From: Octopus vulgaris
Taxonomy: Eukaryota
Assembly (NCBI GenBank): GCA_951406725.2
Contig: OX597820.1
Span: 69,750,001 to 69,814,000 of the forward strand
Length of the DNA: 64,000 bases
Direction: 5' to 3'
The notes beneath the pieces were generated by a model. The model was given only the letters and a program-made list of their open reading frames with translations. It ran no database searches and was not told the origin of the DNA. Below, piece by piece: positions 27,334 through 43,676 of the stretch. The translations under genes were made by a program, and so were the position numbers. Numbering within the stretch: position 1 is the first letter of the stretch; each line of letters begins with the position of its first letter.

Positions 27334-28886
27334 TATATATTTTCATTTCATAAAAAGTGGAATGTTACGTTTGCGTTCTTTCAATGAATGCCTAATCTGA
27401 TGGAAGGACACTTCGTAGAGATTAATGCCTTTCTGATATTTGAACATATTTTTCAAACCAAAATACTGTTTATGATATATAGCATACATTGATTCTTTTC
27501 CACAACTAGAAAATTGATTAAACATAAATTTGGAGTTACTAGGACAATAAATAAAATTTTCTTATAGAAGGTCTGAAATGTATTGGAAATGAAACAAGAA
27601 ATTAGTGATTTTCATGTTTTATTCAGGATTATTTCTGAATATTTGATGGGAATAGATACAAAAACCTTAATTAAGATGTCGTACAAGATATGATTCATCT
27701 AGTGCTTGTATTTGTCGATATTATATCGCAGATTAAAGTAAGGGTTTCCTGTTCAGCCTTAAAAATCATACAATATCATTCAATAACCTTGAACTTATAG
27801 TAGCTATCTTATCTCATATATGGGCCCGTTTCTTCACATCAACCGACAATATTTGTAGTGATGTCCATAAAATCCACTTTGGACTGCCATGTTTAATCAG
27901 CCCATCAAATTGTACGTACACGTATTTCCTCTACCATTAACAGCAAGAAAGAGGGAGAGAGGGAGAGAGAGAGAATAATTTCTGGATATACCGACTCCAC
28001 CCAAGCCTACAATAATCAACTTAGTCGTGCAACTACGACTTACAATACTAAGGTTGAACACTAAAGAGCGTAGGGAATCTTGACTTTTTATAGAAGAGCA
28101 TTTCTTTGAAATTTCCTTCCTGTACATTTATTTCCCTAATTACTAACCCGAAGCAATTAAAACAAAACGTACCATCAATCACAAAATAAGCCAATTCTTC
28201 CAGTCATTCCCTCTAGGTAGACTACAGAACCAAATCTTTCTTCTCTCTAACAGAAGATAAAGAGCGGTATTATTCCACGCATAGCATATAGTATTATACT
28301 GGTGCTGGGGATTGTAACTACAGCATACAATATAAATTTTTATTTTGTTTTCCTTTCGAAATATCTAACAATAGAAATCTGAAATAATTATAGTTTTTTT
28401 CTTTTATCTTTTTAAAATATATTTTTTAAAGTCTCACAAAATAGCATTTCCGTTCCAATCTTTCCCGCCATCACAGCAAGAACATTTTCCTCCATTTCTT
28501 TCCGCGTTGTTTTTCTATCTTTTTTCTTATTGGAAAGACCAGGATTTACCTCTTCATATTTATGTATGCTTCTACATGGAACTTCTTCTATCTTAGTCTC
28601 TTTTTCTCTCACTCTCTTCCTCTCTTAGTCATTCTCAATCTCTCTTCTTCTCTCTTTCTCTCTTAGTCCATCACTTCCTCTTTCAGTCTCTCGTTCGGTT
28701 CATCAACCTGTCTATTCCTCTCTCTCTCTCTCTCTCTCTCTCCCTCTTTCTCCCACACTCTCACTTTCTCTCTCTCTCTTCCCTCTTTTATTCTCTTAGT
28801 CTCACTCACTCTCTCCCACTTTCTCTCTTAGTCCCTCTCTCCCTCTTACAGCCTCTCGCTCGCTCGGTCTCTATGTCTGCCTATAT

Positions 28887-28925
<39 letters not shown>

Positions 28926-29705
28926 GTATTTGCTTTTTCATGTGTTTCTGTCTGTCCGTTTGTCTGTCTGTCTGTCTGTCTGTTCATATCTTCCCAATAA
29001 AAAGTATTGTTCTGTATTGGCGTACGTAGATAGCTGAACGAAACTAGTAACAAACCACCGCTTCCCTTAGCTTTAATAAAATATAAACTACATATCCCAA
29101 TAAATACATTTAAAAAATTGATCGGCTTTCTTTTAGAAATATGTCTCTTTGAAGACACTGCCAGGCTATTTCTTCCCGTATAATGTACCTGACTAAAATC
29201 ACATGCAGTGTTTAGAGTCTTTTGCAAAGAACCTAGAATATGCTTATTTGAATTATCATGCTGATGTCGGAAGGTTTCCTTGATATATCGCTGCAATCTA
29301 AGCGTATACCTCTTCTTGTTAACGACAATTATAAATAATACCGCAAGCGGTTCTTGAGAATCATCATTCCTCCACCACCGCCTCCATCACCACCACTTTA
29401 CTTCCCTTACACTCATGTGAGTTTATGAATATATAGATATTTGTATTAAAAAAACAAATATAACTTAAATGGTTTCGTAGAAATTCAGTATGCACATGAC
29501 TACATGACATAGAAACACACACGTTAGCACACACAAACACATACTGACACAATGCATGTATATATATATTTGCGTGAATTAAGGCAAAAGCGGGAAAGAG
29601 AAGAAAAAAGACGAAAAATATGCATATACATGTGTGTGTGTGTGTGAGTATATATATCTATACATACATACATGTATGTATTATACGAAAGTCTGCTCAC
29701 ACATT

Positions 29706-29749
<44 letters not shown>

Positions 29750-29904
29750 CTCTCCCGGTTCCTCTCTCAATAACTCACTTTCTCGATGTTTATCTATCAC
29801 TCTTACGGTTTGCCTCTCTCTCCTTTTCTCACTATACGCCTACATGAGATCCTTTCTCTTCAATATACATACATATAAGATATGAATACACACACGCACT
29901 CTCC

Positions 29905-30300
<396 letters not shown>

Positions 30301-30909
30301 ACGGCGCATTTGATATCCACATTTTTAGTGTGTAAATACCCACAGGTACGCACTCATACATACATGCATATATATCAATGTATGCTATTCTTGTGGGGGG
30401 GGGGGGGGTGCGTGTGAGTATGAGTGTGTTTGTGTGCGTGTGTGCGTGCGCGTACGAATGTGTGAATTCGGATTTATAATTGTATATTACGATTAGGCTT
30501 ATCTCACAAACATTCATACCGATTCTCATGCGGGATTATATTAATCTATACGAGAAAATGTATCTGTCTATGAACTTCTATAAACCGGTTTCAAGCTGTA
30601 TCACTTCAGCAATTTTTTTATACTCTCAACAAACAATTCGCTACAGGCATTTCATTAATAATAGTGTTGTTTGATACATACATAAATGCATAAATACATA
30701 CATACATACATACATACATACATACATACATACATACATACATACATACATACACACATACATACATACATACATACACACATACAAGTGTGTGTGTGTG
30801 TCGCTAAATAGTAATAATTATAGTAAAAGAAATCATTCCGACAGATCTGTAATCTTAGACGTACGAATACTTGATGTGGTCTTTAAATTATGATTATGTT
30901 CTACGAGGG

Positions 30910-31235
30910 TGGAGGCACAATGGCTCAGTGGTTAGGGCAGCGGACTCGCGGCCGTAGGATCGCTATTTCGACTCCAAGACCGGGCTTTATGAGTGTTTAT
31001 TGAGCGAAAACACCTAAAGCTCCCCGAGGCTCCGGCAGAGGGTTGTGGTGAACCCTGCTGTACTCTTTCATCACAACTTTCTCTCCCTCTTTTTTCATGT
31101 TTCTGTTGTACTACGTTAAGGGTACACGTGTCTATGGAGTGCTCAACCTCTGGTACGTTAATTTCACGATCAGGCTGTTCTGTAAATCGGATCAACTGGA
31201 ACCCTCGTCGTAGTAACCGACGGAGTGCCAAACAA
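30910..31235 (+). mobile_element. SINE family C (tRNA-Arg-like head), tail type 1
   Basis: GGAGGCACAATGGCTCAGTGGTTAGGGCAGCGGACTCGCGG..TTCGACTCC; body and tail match the reverse complement of 58575-58945. Confidence 0.88.
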
Positions 31236-31970
31236 TATTTGACGAGAGAAATATTTAGTTGGTGTTGTTCCGATGTTGTCTTTTTTTCTTTATTTTTATA
31301 ATGACCTAAGAATTATATCTATTACAAAAGATGTTTTGCTGTTGTGTACTTCAAGATTATACCTGGTTAAGAATGCATATGATTAAAATAATTTCAGTCA
31401 TGATTATTCGACCATTGTTTATACCTTAATCTGTGAAAGCGCGTTCCCTGGTATCTAGAGTGCGGCAGTCATGATCGCAAGATCGTGTTTCTGACTTCAG
31501 GATCTGGCACAGAGTCGTTGCTCTGCGTTCGCTAGATGTTATAAGGATTTGAAGAAAGATGTGTAAATGAATTTGTTGCATAAGCATTTGGTTATTAACA
31601 AATCATTCTTGCAAGAGGCTCAGTAAGGATTTATGAAACCATCATATATCGTTTATGACAGGAGTGTCCACCTTCTTTAAGTCAATTTTTGCTAAAGTGT
31701 CCTTCCCATATATTTATAACTATAAAGTATGGTTTGAAAGAAACTGAGTGCTATTTATAGGAAGTTGAACGACAGCACGGCGGTTACTTCTTGGGTTCGT
31801 TTAACTCAAATCTGGTTGCCCAGGTACAGCAAACCAATGAGTGAACATCTTCGGGAATTCGTTGTTCCATTGTTTCGTATACATGTAAATTGACTTACAC
31901 ATAAACCAACACATATACATATTACATATACAAAAATATACATAAATATATACATACATATATATACATA

Positions 31971-32002
<32 letters not shown>

Positions 32003-32042
32003 TACATATATATACATATATACATGCTTACATACATACATA

Positions 32043-32156
32043 CAAAAATACCCTGTTGTTGATGTTAAAATTCCAATGAAGGAACTTTGGATCTGGGTTA
32101 GAAACCGGCTCTTTCTCTATTGGCAAGAAATCTTGAAATAAAACTGAACAATGACA
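32043..32156 (+). mobile_element. short element embedded in (TACA)n (family G)
   Basis: CAAAAATACCCTGTTGTTGATGTT..TTCCAATGAAGG..TCTTGAAATAAAA..AATGAC; homologue at 51868-51980 (-), also in (TACA)n. Confidence 0.8.
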
Positions 32157-32187
32157 TACATACATACATACATACATACATACAAAC

Positions 32188-32218
<31 letters not shown>

Positions 32219-32640
32219 CATACATACATACATAGTTACAATATGTAAATTACAGTAGTAATCAAGTGGAAAAATATTATATGAAACTCAAAATTACTAC
32301 AGTATGAACCATCGCCGAACAGAAGACTGGGGTCAGCTATTGTACGTCGTGGAACTATTGAGAGATATTTCAGTGAACCTTTGAATTAAAGCAAGGCTTT
32401 TATCAGTTCTATAAAAACGCTCGGGATGAGCCCTAAATAGGTTACATGAAAAGAATTACAAAGTACTGAGATCTAAAATATCCAAAATGGCTCCAACTTT
32501 GATGCTGCATAAATGCGACAACAATGTAAACTTCGATGTAAAATAATATATTGTTATCGTCAGAGACCACCAGAAACACATTTCAAATAAGTGTAGAATT
32601 AGAATAGGGAATTCTTCTTCTCAGATCATAAACAACACAC

Positions 32641-32804
32641 AGGTGTAGGAGTGGCTGTGTGGTAAGTAGCTTGCTTACCAACGACAGGGTTAGGGGTTCA
32701 GTCCCATTGCGTGGCATCTTGGGCAAGTGTTTTCTACTATAGCCTCGAGCCGACCAAAGCCTTGTGAGTGGATTTTGTAGACGGAAACTGAAAGAAGCCC
32801 GTCG

Positions 32805-32856
<52 letters not shown>

Positions 32857-33052
32857 TGTGTGTGTGTTTGTGTGTGTGTTTGTCCCCCAACATCGCTTGA
32901 CCACCGGTGCTGGTGTGTTTACGTCCCCGTAACTTAGCGGTTCGGCAAAAGAGTATAAGTACTGGGGTCGATTCGCTCGACCAAAGGCGGTACTCCAGCT
33001 TGGCTGCAGTCAAATGACTGAAACACGTAAAAGAGTAAAAGAGAGAAAGAGT
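32641..33052 (+). mobile_element. SINE family A, full-length
   Basis: AGGAGTGGCTGTGTGGTAAGTAGC..GGTTCAGTCCC..TTGGGCAAGT; tail GTAAAAGAGTAAAAGAG. Confidence 0.92.
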
Positions 33053-33094
33053 AACACAGACGACCACCAATATGATAAATGTAAAACTGAGACT

Positions 33095-34440
33095 GATGCA
33101 TTTTTATTAAGCGGGCAATCATCGATTACAAACAATAATTAATAATGACTGAAGAATTTGAACAACCGAAAGAACAAAATTCAATCAAAACTACATTGTC
33201 TACATTAAGAGACAATTACACAAAATAATGTTTACCATACAAATTGTAAAAAAAAAAAAAAGAAAGTGCCTAACCAGATGTTCGCGATAGATGAATTAGC
33301 TGAAGAACAGTTTGCAGAGATTAAAAATCCCAACTTTTCGACATTAAATGTTCTGCTATAATGTACTGCGATTACCATAGGCCAACAGTTGGGTATTAGC
33401 GAGATAGATCATTGTCAGAAAAACCAGCCAAAATGGATTACCTCTCTTCACACACATATTGACAGTCTCAAGAGACATATTGGACAGCTAGGCACTATCA
33501 TTATGTGCATAGTGGATTATAAATTCGCGTATCACCAGCTGTAACTTTATGATTAGTTATCCGAAGTCTATGGAAACCATTGACATGAGATATTAACGGG
33601 AAAGGTAACTGCCCTTGAACATGAACTACAAGCGACAAGTAAATAATTTCATTATAGACACATCTGTTGGAAAAAAAACCCACCATCGTGCGCAAGTTTG
33701 CTAGAAACCTACTAGCGATATATCTCTGACATAAAGGGTTCCATCATCAAGATTGTGAAAGTCCCTGGTCTGGATGGTCTAGAGTCATTTGAGAAAGAAT
33801 CTGGAGCGTAAACAAATACAACCTTGATGAAAAGTGGTTAAAAGTGCTGTGGAGGGAAGGCTAGGAAAACGTATCTCTCAAAACTTGCAATACCAACAAT
33901 CAATCGCTTCTAAGTATTGTTGCAAACTGCTGCCGGAAAAATCACTTGGGAGGGGGCCTGGTAATTAGTTATTGCTATAAAAACTCATTGGCAACCGGCC
34001 AGCCCTCATAAACATGTTCAATAGAGCAGTACATGGTAAGCATGGTGTACCGGGCTGTTTGGCGGCCACACGTACAAAAGCAGTGGTTCAAAACTAGTTG
34101 GCGCATGTGGTTTGAATGCAATGAATAAATTATACTGACGTTGATTACATATATTTCTCTAGGATCACTGCGAAGCAAAAATGCGATGACTGAAGAGAGG
34201 CAGGGAAGAAGAAAAGTTTCCTGTTTTGTCGAACAGCTCCTCACCAACGAAATTGTCCTTAAGTAAGCGAAACCGCATCGCCGAAACGTCTTGATTTGTT
34301 AAGATTTCAACTGAAAGTAATAGTCAATGCCGCTAAGAGTTTGACAACAACATGGTCCACTAAACAGATTTCCTGTATCGATTTTTGTTCTTGAAGTGAA
34401 CCATCTGCCAGCTGTGTTGAGGAAATCTAAAGTTCTTCAC
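33095..34440 (+). pseudogene. decayed R4/Dong-clade non-LTR retrotransposon ORF (N-terminal region and RT)
   Basis: Ordered motifs across frameshifts: NVLL*CTAITI, PKWI..HIDSLKRHIGQL, IWSVNKYNLDEKWL, KSLG..VISYCYK (cf. KSPGxD..YWYK), LNAMNKLY, EQLLTNEIVL (cf. EQLLINK), IFVLEVNHL. Confidence 0.75.
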
Positions 34441-34474
34441 TTAGAGAACTAGAGAGACCAATTGTGTGAGTGTG

Positions 34475-34527
<53 letters not shown>

Positions 34528-34938
34528 ACATATAAGGGAGTAAGCCTCACTGAGGTGTTTGTACTTGTATTGAATCAAAACAATATCTACAGTGTATGCT
34601 CAAAATATTGAGAAATCTGATGAGGAACACGTTTAAAAATAGGCGTACATACAGAAGCACACTTTAATGTGTGTGTAAATACACACACACACACGCACTC
34701 ACGCACATACATACACACACACATATGTATGTGACTGTGTGCGCATACAGACACGCGTGTATGAGTGTGTAGGCGTGTATAGAAAGGTGGAGGTGAAACG
34801 GCACACAGCATAACTTGACACTCTCAATCTTGTTATGGAAATATAATTTGCGCCACGACGGAAATCTGAATTTTGTGGCATGTAACAGGATTTTGTTGAA
34901 ATATAATCAAATTATACTCTTAAAATTGTAAACCACTC

Positions 34939-35009
<71 letters not shown>

Positions 35010-35092
35010 AACACACACACAGATATATATACACCATCTATTCACACACATTCTGATATCTCAAAATAACATATATATACATATACATGCAT

Positions 35093-35105
35093 ATATTATT
35101 ATTAC

Positions 35106-35151
<46 letters not shown>

Positions 35152-35170
35152 GTTATTGTTATTATTATTA

Positions 35171-35203
<33 letters not shown>
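35093..35203. repeat. (TTA)n microsatellite
   Basis: Direct reading. Confidence 0.95.
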
Positions 35204-35206
<3 letters not shown>

Positions 35207-35760
35207 AAATTCAGGAAATTTCATTTTCTGTCCTACAATTTGCTTGAACCCAGAAGGATGGGTTTATATCTTTGTAAATTGTAGGTTACACAATAATAAG
35301 TGAAACATACATGCTTATAATTCTAAACTTAGCATTCTCCGATGTTTAGGAACCTCTAATAATTTTAGTTTTGTTCCCTGCGTGTATGAATATACTCTAA
35401 AGTTTGGGGCGATTAATTAATTTATTAAATTTACCCACAAATATATATATCAAAAGCGACAAAATCTCCACCCTTTTATTGTATTCTGCTGGAAGCTTTT
35501 TTTCCTGTAACACAAAGATCACAGCTAAAGAGAAAATATAATATAACTGTGAAAATTAACTAATTCTAGCTTTACAACAGTAAAAATAATAACATAAGCA
35601 TTTCTTTATTTATGCCTTTATTTATTTTATGAAACAAGGAAACACACAAGACGATTATTAAATCTTCCAGAAAAGTATGAATTTAAACATTTTCGAATTC
35701 CTATATAGATGTATGCGTGTTTGTGTTTGTGATCGTGAGTGTATGTATGTATTGTATGTA

Positions 35761-35828
<68 letters not shown>

Positions 35829-35853
35829 CATATATATAAATATATATATACAT

Positions 35854-35897
<44 letters not shown>

Positions 35898-36024
35898 ATA
35901 TACATTTGTGTATCTATAGATGGGTACATACATACACACATATAAGCCTATATATACACGAACACACAAGCGCGCGCACACACACATACATATATACATA
36001 ACCTATATATATGTATATATATAT

Positions 36025-36089
<65 letters not shown>

Positions 36090-36182
36090 CATACATATAT
36101 ATAAATATATATATATATACATATATATACATACATATATATATATACATACATATACATACATATATATATATATATACAT

Positions 36183-36221
<39 letters not shown>

Positions 36222-36813
36222 CGTAAATATATGTTTGTTAGACTGTGAGTGAGTTAGTGGTTGGGTCTACTGAAAATTATATGTCCCTACAAGATTTAAT
36301 AAATATTGACTGGATTTGCTTCCAACATTATTGTATTATAAAATCGTAAATGGAAGACTAAACAAAAAATATATACCAATATTTCGAACTTGAACAAATA
36401 GATATATTTATAGAAAGATAGGTCACAAAATAAAGGCAGAGACTTGTGCGCGCGTGTTTGTGTATACGTTAGAAGTGCGTACATGCGTATATATGTATGT
36501 ATATAAAGATATATGTATATGTATGTATTATGAATAGAGTGCGTATGTATGCACATCTGTGTATATACTCTTATACTTATATATGCATGTATATCAATAT
36601 ATACAATGCGTGTATATATAGTTTTAAATGGATGCTCACTCACACACAGACTCTCTCTGTCGTACGCACACACACACACATACACTTATACATATATAAT
36701 ATATATCATATATATTTTAATAGTATACACTATATATCTATAGACTACACAAACACATACACACACATATATATATATATATACTTTATATATGTGTTAT
36801 CTCTCTCTTTCAT

Positions 36814-36845
<32 letters not shown>

Positions 36846-36925
36846 GTATATATATTCAATGCGTGTATATAAATGCATATGCATACACATATTTATACAT
36901 ATATATATATATATATAAGTACACG

Positions 36926-37015
<90 letters not shown>

Positions 37016-37490
37016 AGAGATGTGTGTATATGTGTGTGTGTGTTTGTGTAAGTGAGTGGGTAAGACAGGTGGAAGACAAGGATAAAAAAGAGTTAATGCG
37101 TTCGATGAATTGAGAGTTACTCGGTGCGAGAAACACAGGCACATCTTAACGCAATTTTTAACATAATTTCGCATCAAAATGAAACTAGTTCCTCGTTATA
37201 TTTAAGGACTATTTAATAGCAACAATAACCGTAAATATTCCACAGATATTTTGAATACTATGTGATAGTTTATAGAGTGCAATGCAATGTTTTATAGGGT
37301 ACCATGGAATCATGATTCGTTTGAAATCGTATCCTTCTGGAAGAACTTAGATTCTTGAAACCATGACATTTTTACTTATTTTGCATTGAATGTAGAATCA
37401 TAATACAGAATACTTTTGTAGATTATACTCCTTGTTATTTTGTAACAGTATTTAGGTTTTCGAACCACTCTGATCGCGAATAAATCGTGT

Positions 37491-37521
<31 letters not shown>

Positions 37522-37589
37522 AAATGATGTAGCGTGAAACGATCGTACCAAATTACCGAAGATATTCTTGTTGCTTACGTTGAATATAT

Positions 37590-37710
<121 letters not shown>

Positions 37711-38244
37711 TATATAAAGTACGATTTATTTGTGGTCAGAGTTGTTCGAAAACCATAGTTCTACAGTGTTACTCTTTGCTTTTCTGCAAGTAGTAAATAA
37801 CTTAACTACGGAATATTAATCATCGAAGATGTACTCTATTTACTATAAATCTCTTTTGGGTATGAAATGTTTCATTGCAGCCATTTTCTTGTCTTCTCTA
37901 TGGCATCACTGTTACGATGCTGACTTATTTGACATCAGATATTTCAATGTCTTTCGTTTTAATTTTCCTCTATATCTCCCATACGCAAACTCTCTCTGTC
38001 CTTCCATCTCTCACGCTCGCTTACTCACTCCCTGTGTGTGGGTATGAGTGTGTATGCTTATACGTAAGAACAAGCGTTTCGATGCGCATGAAGAGAGGGA
38101 AAGTAATTATGTGAGTCTTGTTTAATTACGAAATTAATATGCTTCCCTTTCTATCTTATTTATTCTATCAATATATGTATATTTATGCATTTGCGTACTT
38201 ATGTTCGTTTGTGTGTGCATGTATGTGTGTGTGTGAGCGTGTAC

Positions 38245-39080
<836 letters not shown>

Positions 39081-39112
39081 ACTTACTACACACACATATA
39101 TATATGTTTGTG

Positions 39113-39148
<36 letters not shown>

Positions 39149-39973
39149 TAGATAGATAGATAGATAGATAGATAAATAAATAAATAGATAGATAAATAGA
39201 TAGATAGATAGATACCTACCTACCTATCTACCTACCTACCTACATACATACATACATACTTACATAGATACATACATACATAAATACATAATATACATAC
39301 GTACACATGTATACAAACACATATGTATATACCCACATATGAACACACTCACGCACACGCACACACAAGCACGCTCAGGTGTTTAAACTATGTAGAACAG
39401 TCTATATTTAGGAATAAAGCTGATGAATTACGCCATTACTGCACCAGTATTCTCATATCCATTCATTCGAAAAGGCCAGGCACGTTGTGTTTAAATTAGG
39501 TTACAATTAACACAGCTTTCCCCCTTTTTCATTGGTCATTTCTTTTGGTCAGAACGCTATAAAAGTGTCGGGATGCAAAACATTAACTGTGTTCCGAATA
39601 ACAACCAGTATATTTATGTTCTTGCCACTTGAATGAACACGTGTCAATACGTATATACATGTAGACGTGTGGATGGGCGTAGCATTCACGTGCGTGCGTG
39701 TACACGTTGGTGTTGATATAGAAAGAAATCATAATAGCTCGTGATGCAAAGAACATAGAATGAAAGCGTTCGTACATTAACCTAATGATATACTTGCCGG
39801 AACTCATCCCACTTCCCCTGTCTTTTAGAAAGGTATTAATGCCACCATTTAACATTTTTTTTCTTTAAAGTATAAACAAAAAGATCAATGCAGTGGTTGA
39901 TTGTTGCAAGATGCAGAGTACGGGTAAATTTTGGTAAGTAGATATGGATGTAACTATTATTTTTCATTTGTGA

Positions 39974-40640
<667 letters not shown>

Positions 40641-40907
40641 GCTTGTACCTACAGGTGAAAGGTTTATTATCATTGGGAGACTGTGGTAAAAAATGGTTAG
40701 AGTGAACTGTATGTATACACCTATAGATTGGAGAACAGAAGAGAGGGCTCGTACCTTTGGAGGTCAAGGTAATTCGGGATCTGTGATTTCATGGGCCTCA
40801 GCTTGAGTTTCTCCTGCATACTCTCTATACTTATATCTCATTCCACTGTCTTTTCCATTTCTTTTTCTCCCCACTCTCCTTTGTGTAATACCGCTATAGT
40901 AGAAAGG

Positions 40908-40908
<1 letters not shown>

Positions 40909-40960
<52 letters not shown>

Positions 40961-40983
40961 CATTATTATTATTATCATTATTA

Positions 40984-41074
<91 letters not shown>

Positions 41075-41372
41075 CATTGTCTTTGCACAGCTTCTAACGC
41101 TGGAGATTGTACTACGGTGTCAGCTGTTTACTATCAGTGGACTAAGGTAACACACCTTATTTTTCGGGCACCATCCGGAGTATTCAAGCAGTTCCAAGCA
41201 GAGCTGTTTTCTGCAAGTGCTCCACCTTTAATGTAGCCCCTATTTGTTCCACGTACTTCTCGAGATTTTTATTCACTGTTCCCATAACTCCCACAATTAT
41301 TGATACTACTACCACCTTTTTCAGTGACCACAACTACTTAGCCTCCCAAACTAAGCTGTCACATCTGTCGTC

Positions 41373-41427
<55 letters not shown>

Positions 41428-41436
41428 ATTATTATT

Positions 41437-41468
<32 letters not shown>

Positions 41469-41533
41469 TATTATTATTATTATCATTATTATTATTATTA
41501 TCATTAATATTATTATTATCATCATCATCATCA

Positions 41534-41580
<47 letters not shown>
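40909..41580. repeat. (ATT)n/(ATC)n arrays flanking a LINE fragment
   Basis: Arrays at 40909-41077 and 41374-41580. Confidence 0.95.
41078..41373 (-). mobile_element. R4/Dong LINE 3' end in a (TAA)n target
   Basis: Minus translation DDRCDSLVWEAK*LWSLKKVVVVSIIVGVMGTVNKNLEKYVEQIGATLKVEHLQKTALLGTA*ILRMVPEK* matches the R4/Dong RLE C-terminus; about 80-nt 3' UTR. Confidence 0.88.
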
Positions 41581-41582
<2 letters not shown>

Positions 41583-42086
41583 TTTCTTCCTTTCCCACAG
41601 TTTTAGGTGATACACTCTCTAACACAGACAGACACGCGGGCGCGCACGTGTGTTTGTTTTTATGTCAGGTTATAACTTTAGGATTACTCAATCATTATTC
41701 AATATTTTTTGTAGAGTACATATTTATTGTTCTTCTACAAAACTTTGATATTTGGGCTTGCCTAGCCTTCATCGGACCCTCCGATGAAGATTAACCCAGC
41801 CGAATCCTCGAAGTCACTTTCAACACTTCTCTTTCCAAAGTCTAAAATACGTGGTGTGTCGGGTGCATGCGTGTGCTTGAGTGTACGCACGTTTGTACGT
41901 TCACAATGCGCTTCTGTACAGATTCCATCTACTTCAATCTTTCACAAATTACTGTTAAACTCGAGGTTGTGGTATACATATACCGAAAGTACTACGTAGA
42001 GAGATATAACACTGCACCACGTAAAAGAGCTTGAACGTCACCTCCTCAATGTCTACTCATATTTTTAATAGCTTGTCTTTCCTAAC

Positions 42087-42305
42087 ATTCTTTTATTCTT
42101 TTATTTGTTTCAGTCATTTGACTGCGGCCATGCTGGAGCACCGCCTTTAGTCGAGCAAATCGACCCCAGGACTTATTCTTTGTAAGCCTAGTATTTCTAT
42201 CGGTCTCTCTTGCCGAACTGCTAAGTGACGGAGACATAAACACACCAGTATCGGTTGTCAAGCGATTTTGCGGGGAGAAACACAGACACACAAACAAACA
42301 TATAC
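42087..42305 (-). mobile_element. SINE family A 3' module only, followed by a degenerate family B copy (about 42310-42470, +)
   Basis: GTTTCAGTCATTTGACTGCGGCCATGCTGGAGCACCGCC..CGGTTGTCAAGCG. Confidence 0.85.
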
Positions 42306-43335
42306 ATACTTAGTGGCATTTGTCGGTCTTCACGTCCTGAGTTCAAATCACACCGGCGTCGACTTTGCCTTTCATACTTCCGAGGCCGACAAAATGAACA
42401 CCAGCAGAATACTGGGATCGATTTAACTTCTATCCCGAAACTGCCGACTTTGAGCCAAAATTTGAAACCATATTTCATATGCTTTTTATGTTGATATATG
42501 TACTTGGCAATTCTATGTATATAATATACGTCCTTGCTTTGAATTTACAAATAAAAGTATATATCGTGTTCAGTAATACTTTTCTCTTCAACTTTTCTTC
42601 TTTATATTTACTGTAATTCAATATATATATATCTTCAAAATTACCCATCCGTTGAATAAAATCTACTTGACCCTTCAAAATCTAACAAGAATTAAGCAAG
42701 TTGTCAACATCATTTATTCTTTACAGGTGTTATTAAATACTTGGATACGCCGCATTAAACAAACGAAGATATCTCCATAACTGACAGATGGAAAACAGTT
42801 AGGTGTCTATAAGAAGGGTGCCATTACAAATTAGCAGTAATATAAATTGCCTATCATGCGATGGGGATGTATATCATGAGAAAGACTAGGTACGTTTGTC
42901 AGCAGTAACACATATGTATATTTTAAATAGATGTTTATTATAAGTTTATATAAAGGTATTATTTATTGCTGGGTTGCAAAGGATATATAATTTCTATAAC
43001 AGCCCACTCTGTTTTGGGTTTGATGAATCGGTGTTAACTTCTACTGTCATCAACAGCAATAACATCTTAATTGTTAAATCCCTTGTTGTCATCATTGATA
43101 GCTTTCTCATAAATAATTTACACCGGAAATTCCTTTACGGTACGTGTGAAATCTATAGCATCCCCATTATCCCCTAAAATATGTAAGGTATTGTGTCTTA
43201 TCAAATGTACACAATATTACAAGTGAAATATCTGTAAGCATTTTCTCGGGAAGCACTAGTATTGAATCTAATTGGAAGTTAATTTATATCCATTCCTCTT
43301 GGAAAATATACCTTCAAAAGGAGAGAAAAATTAAT

Positions 43336-43381
43336 AGTATACGAATTAATAGGAGTTTTATCTCCTATTAATTCGTATACT
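43336..43381. repeat. perfect 20-bp-arm hairpin
   Basis: AGTATACGAATTAATAGGAG TTTTAT CTCCTATTAATTCGTATACT. Confidence 0.95.
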
Positions 43382-43593
43382 TGTGTCTGATTAAGACATT
43401 AATACAAATATTAAGTTCACTGTGAGATGAAGTCACGAACGTATTCATTCTTGGTTGAGTCGCTTTCACTTCAGTTAGAAAACTAAGAGCTGTCAACAAC
43501 GGCATAAAGTACAGTATTTAGCTCTTCGTATGTGTGTGTATGTGTGCGTGTGTGCATGCGTGTGTGCATGCGTGTGTATGCGTGTGTGTGCGT

Positions 43594-43676
<83 letters not shown>

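Noticed and set aside
28172-28181. TGATTGATGG Pbx/Hox-type site on the minus strand
   Set aside because: A single 10-mer is not unexpected in 64 kb of AT-rich DNA
32070-32125. AUGAAGG..GAAAC in family G as a hammerhead or SECIS element
   Set aside because: No 3-8 pair or UH site in register for a hammerhead, and no apical AA at SECIS spacing
32310-32440. Weak mariner HTH-like peptide (IAE..GVS..GTIERY)
   Set aside because: Too short and degenerate to support without alignment
32646-32720. tRNA-like sequences at SINE heads (also 30910, 44645, 52875)
   Set aside because: A and B boxes are present but cloverleafs are imperfect and each continues into a SINE body, so they are not tRNA genes
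41774-41796. Short perfect hairpins CTTCATCGGA-CCC-TCCGATGAAG and CCTCCAGAT-CAGC-ATCTGGAGG (near 53656)
   Set aside because: Isolated 9-10 bp stems with no supporting context
42728-42889. Candidate 162-bp exon between TTTACAG and GTACGT
   Set aside because: Stop codons in all three frames; such splice-like signals are common by chance. Short real exons elsewhere cannot be excluded
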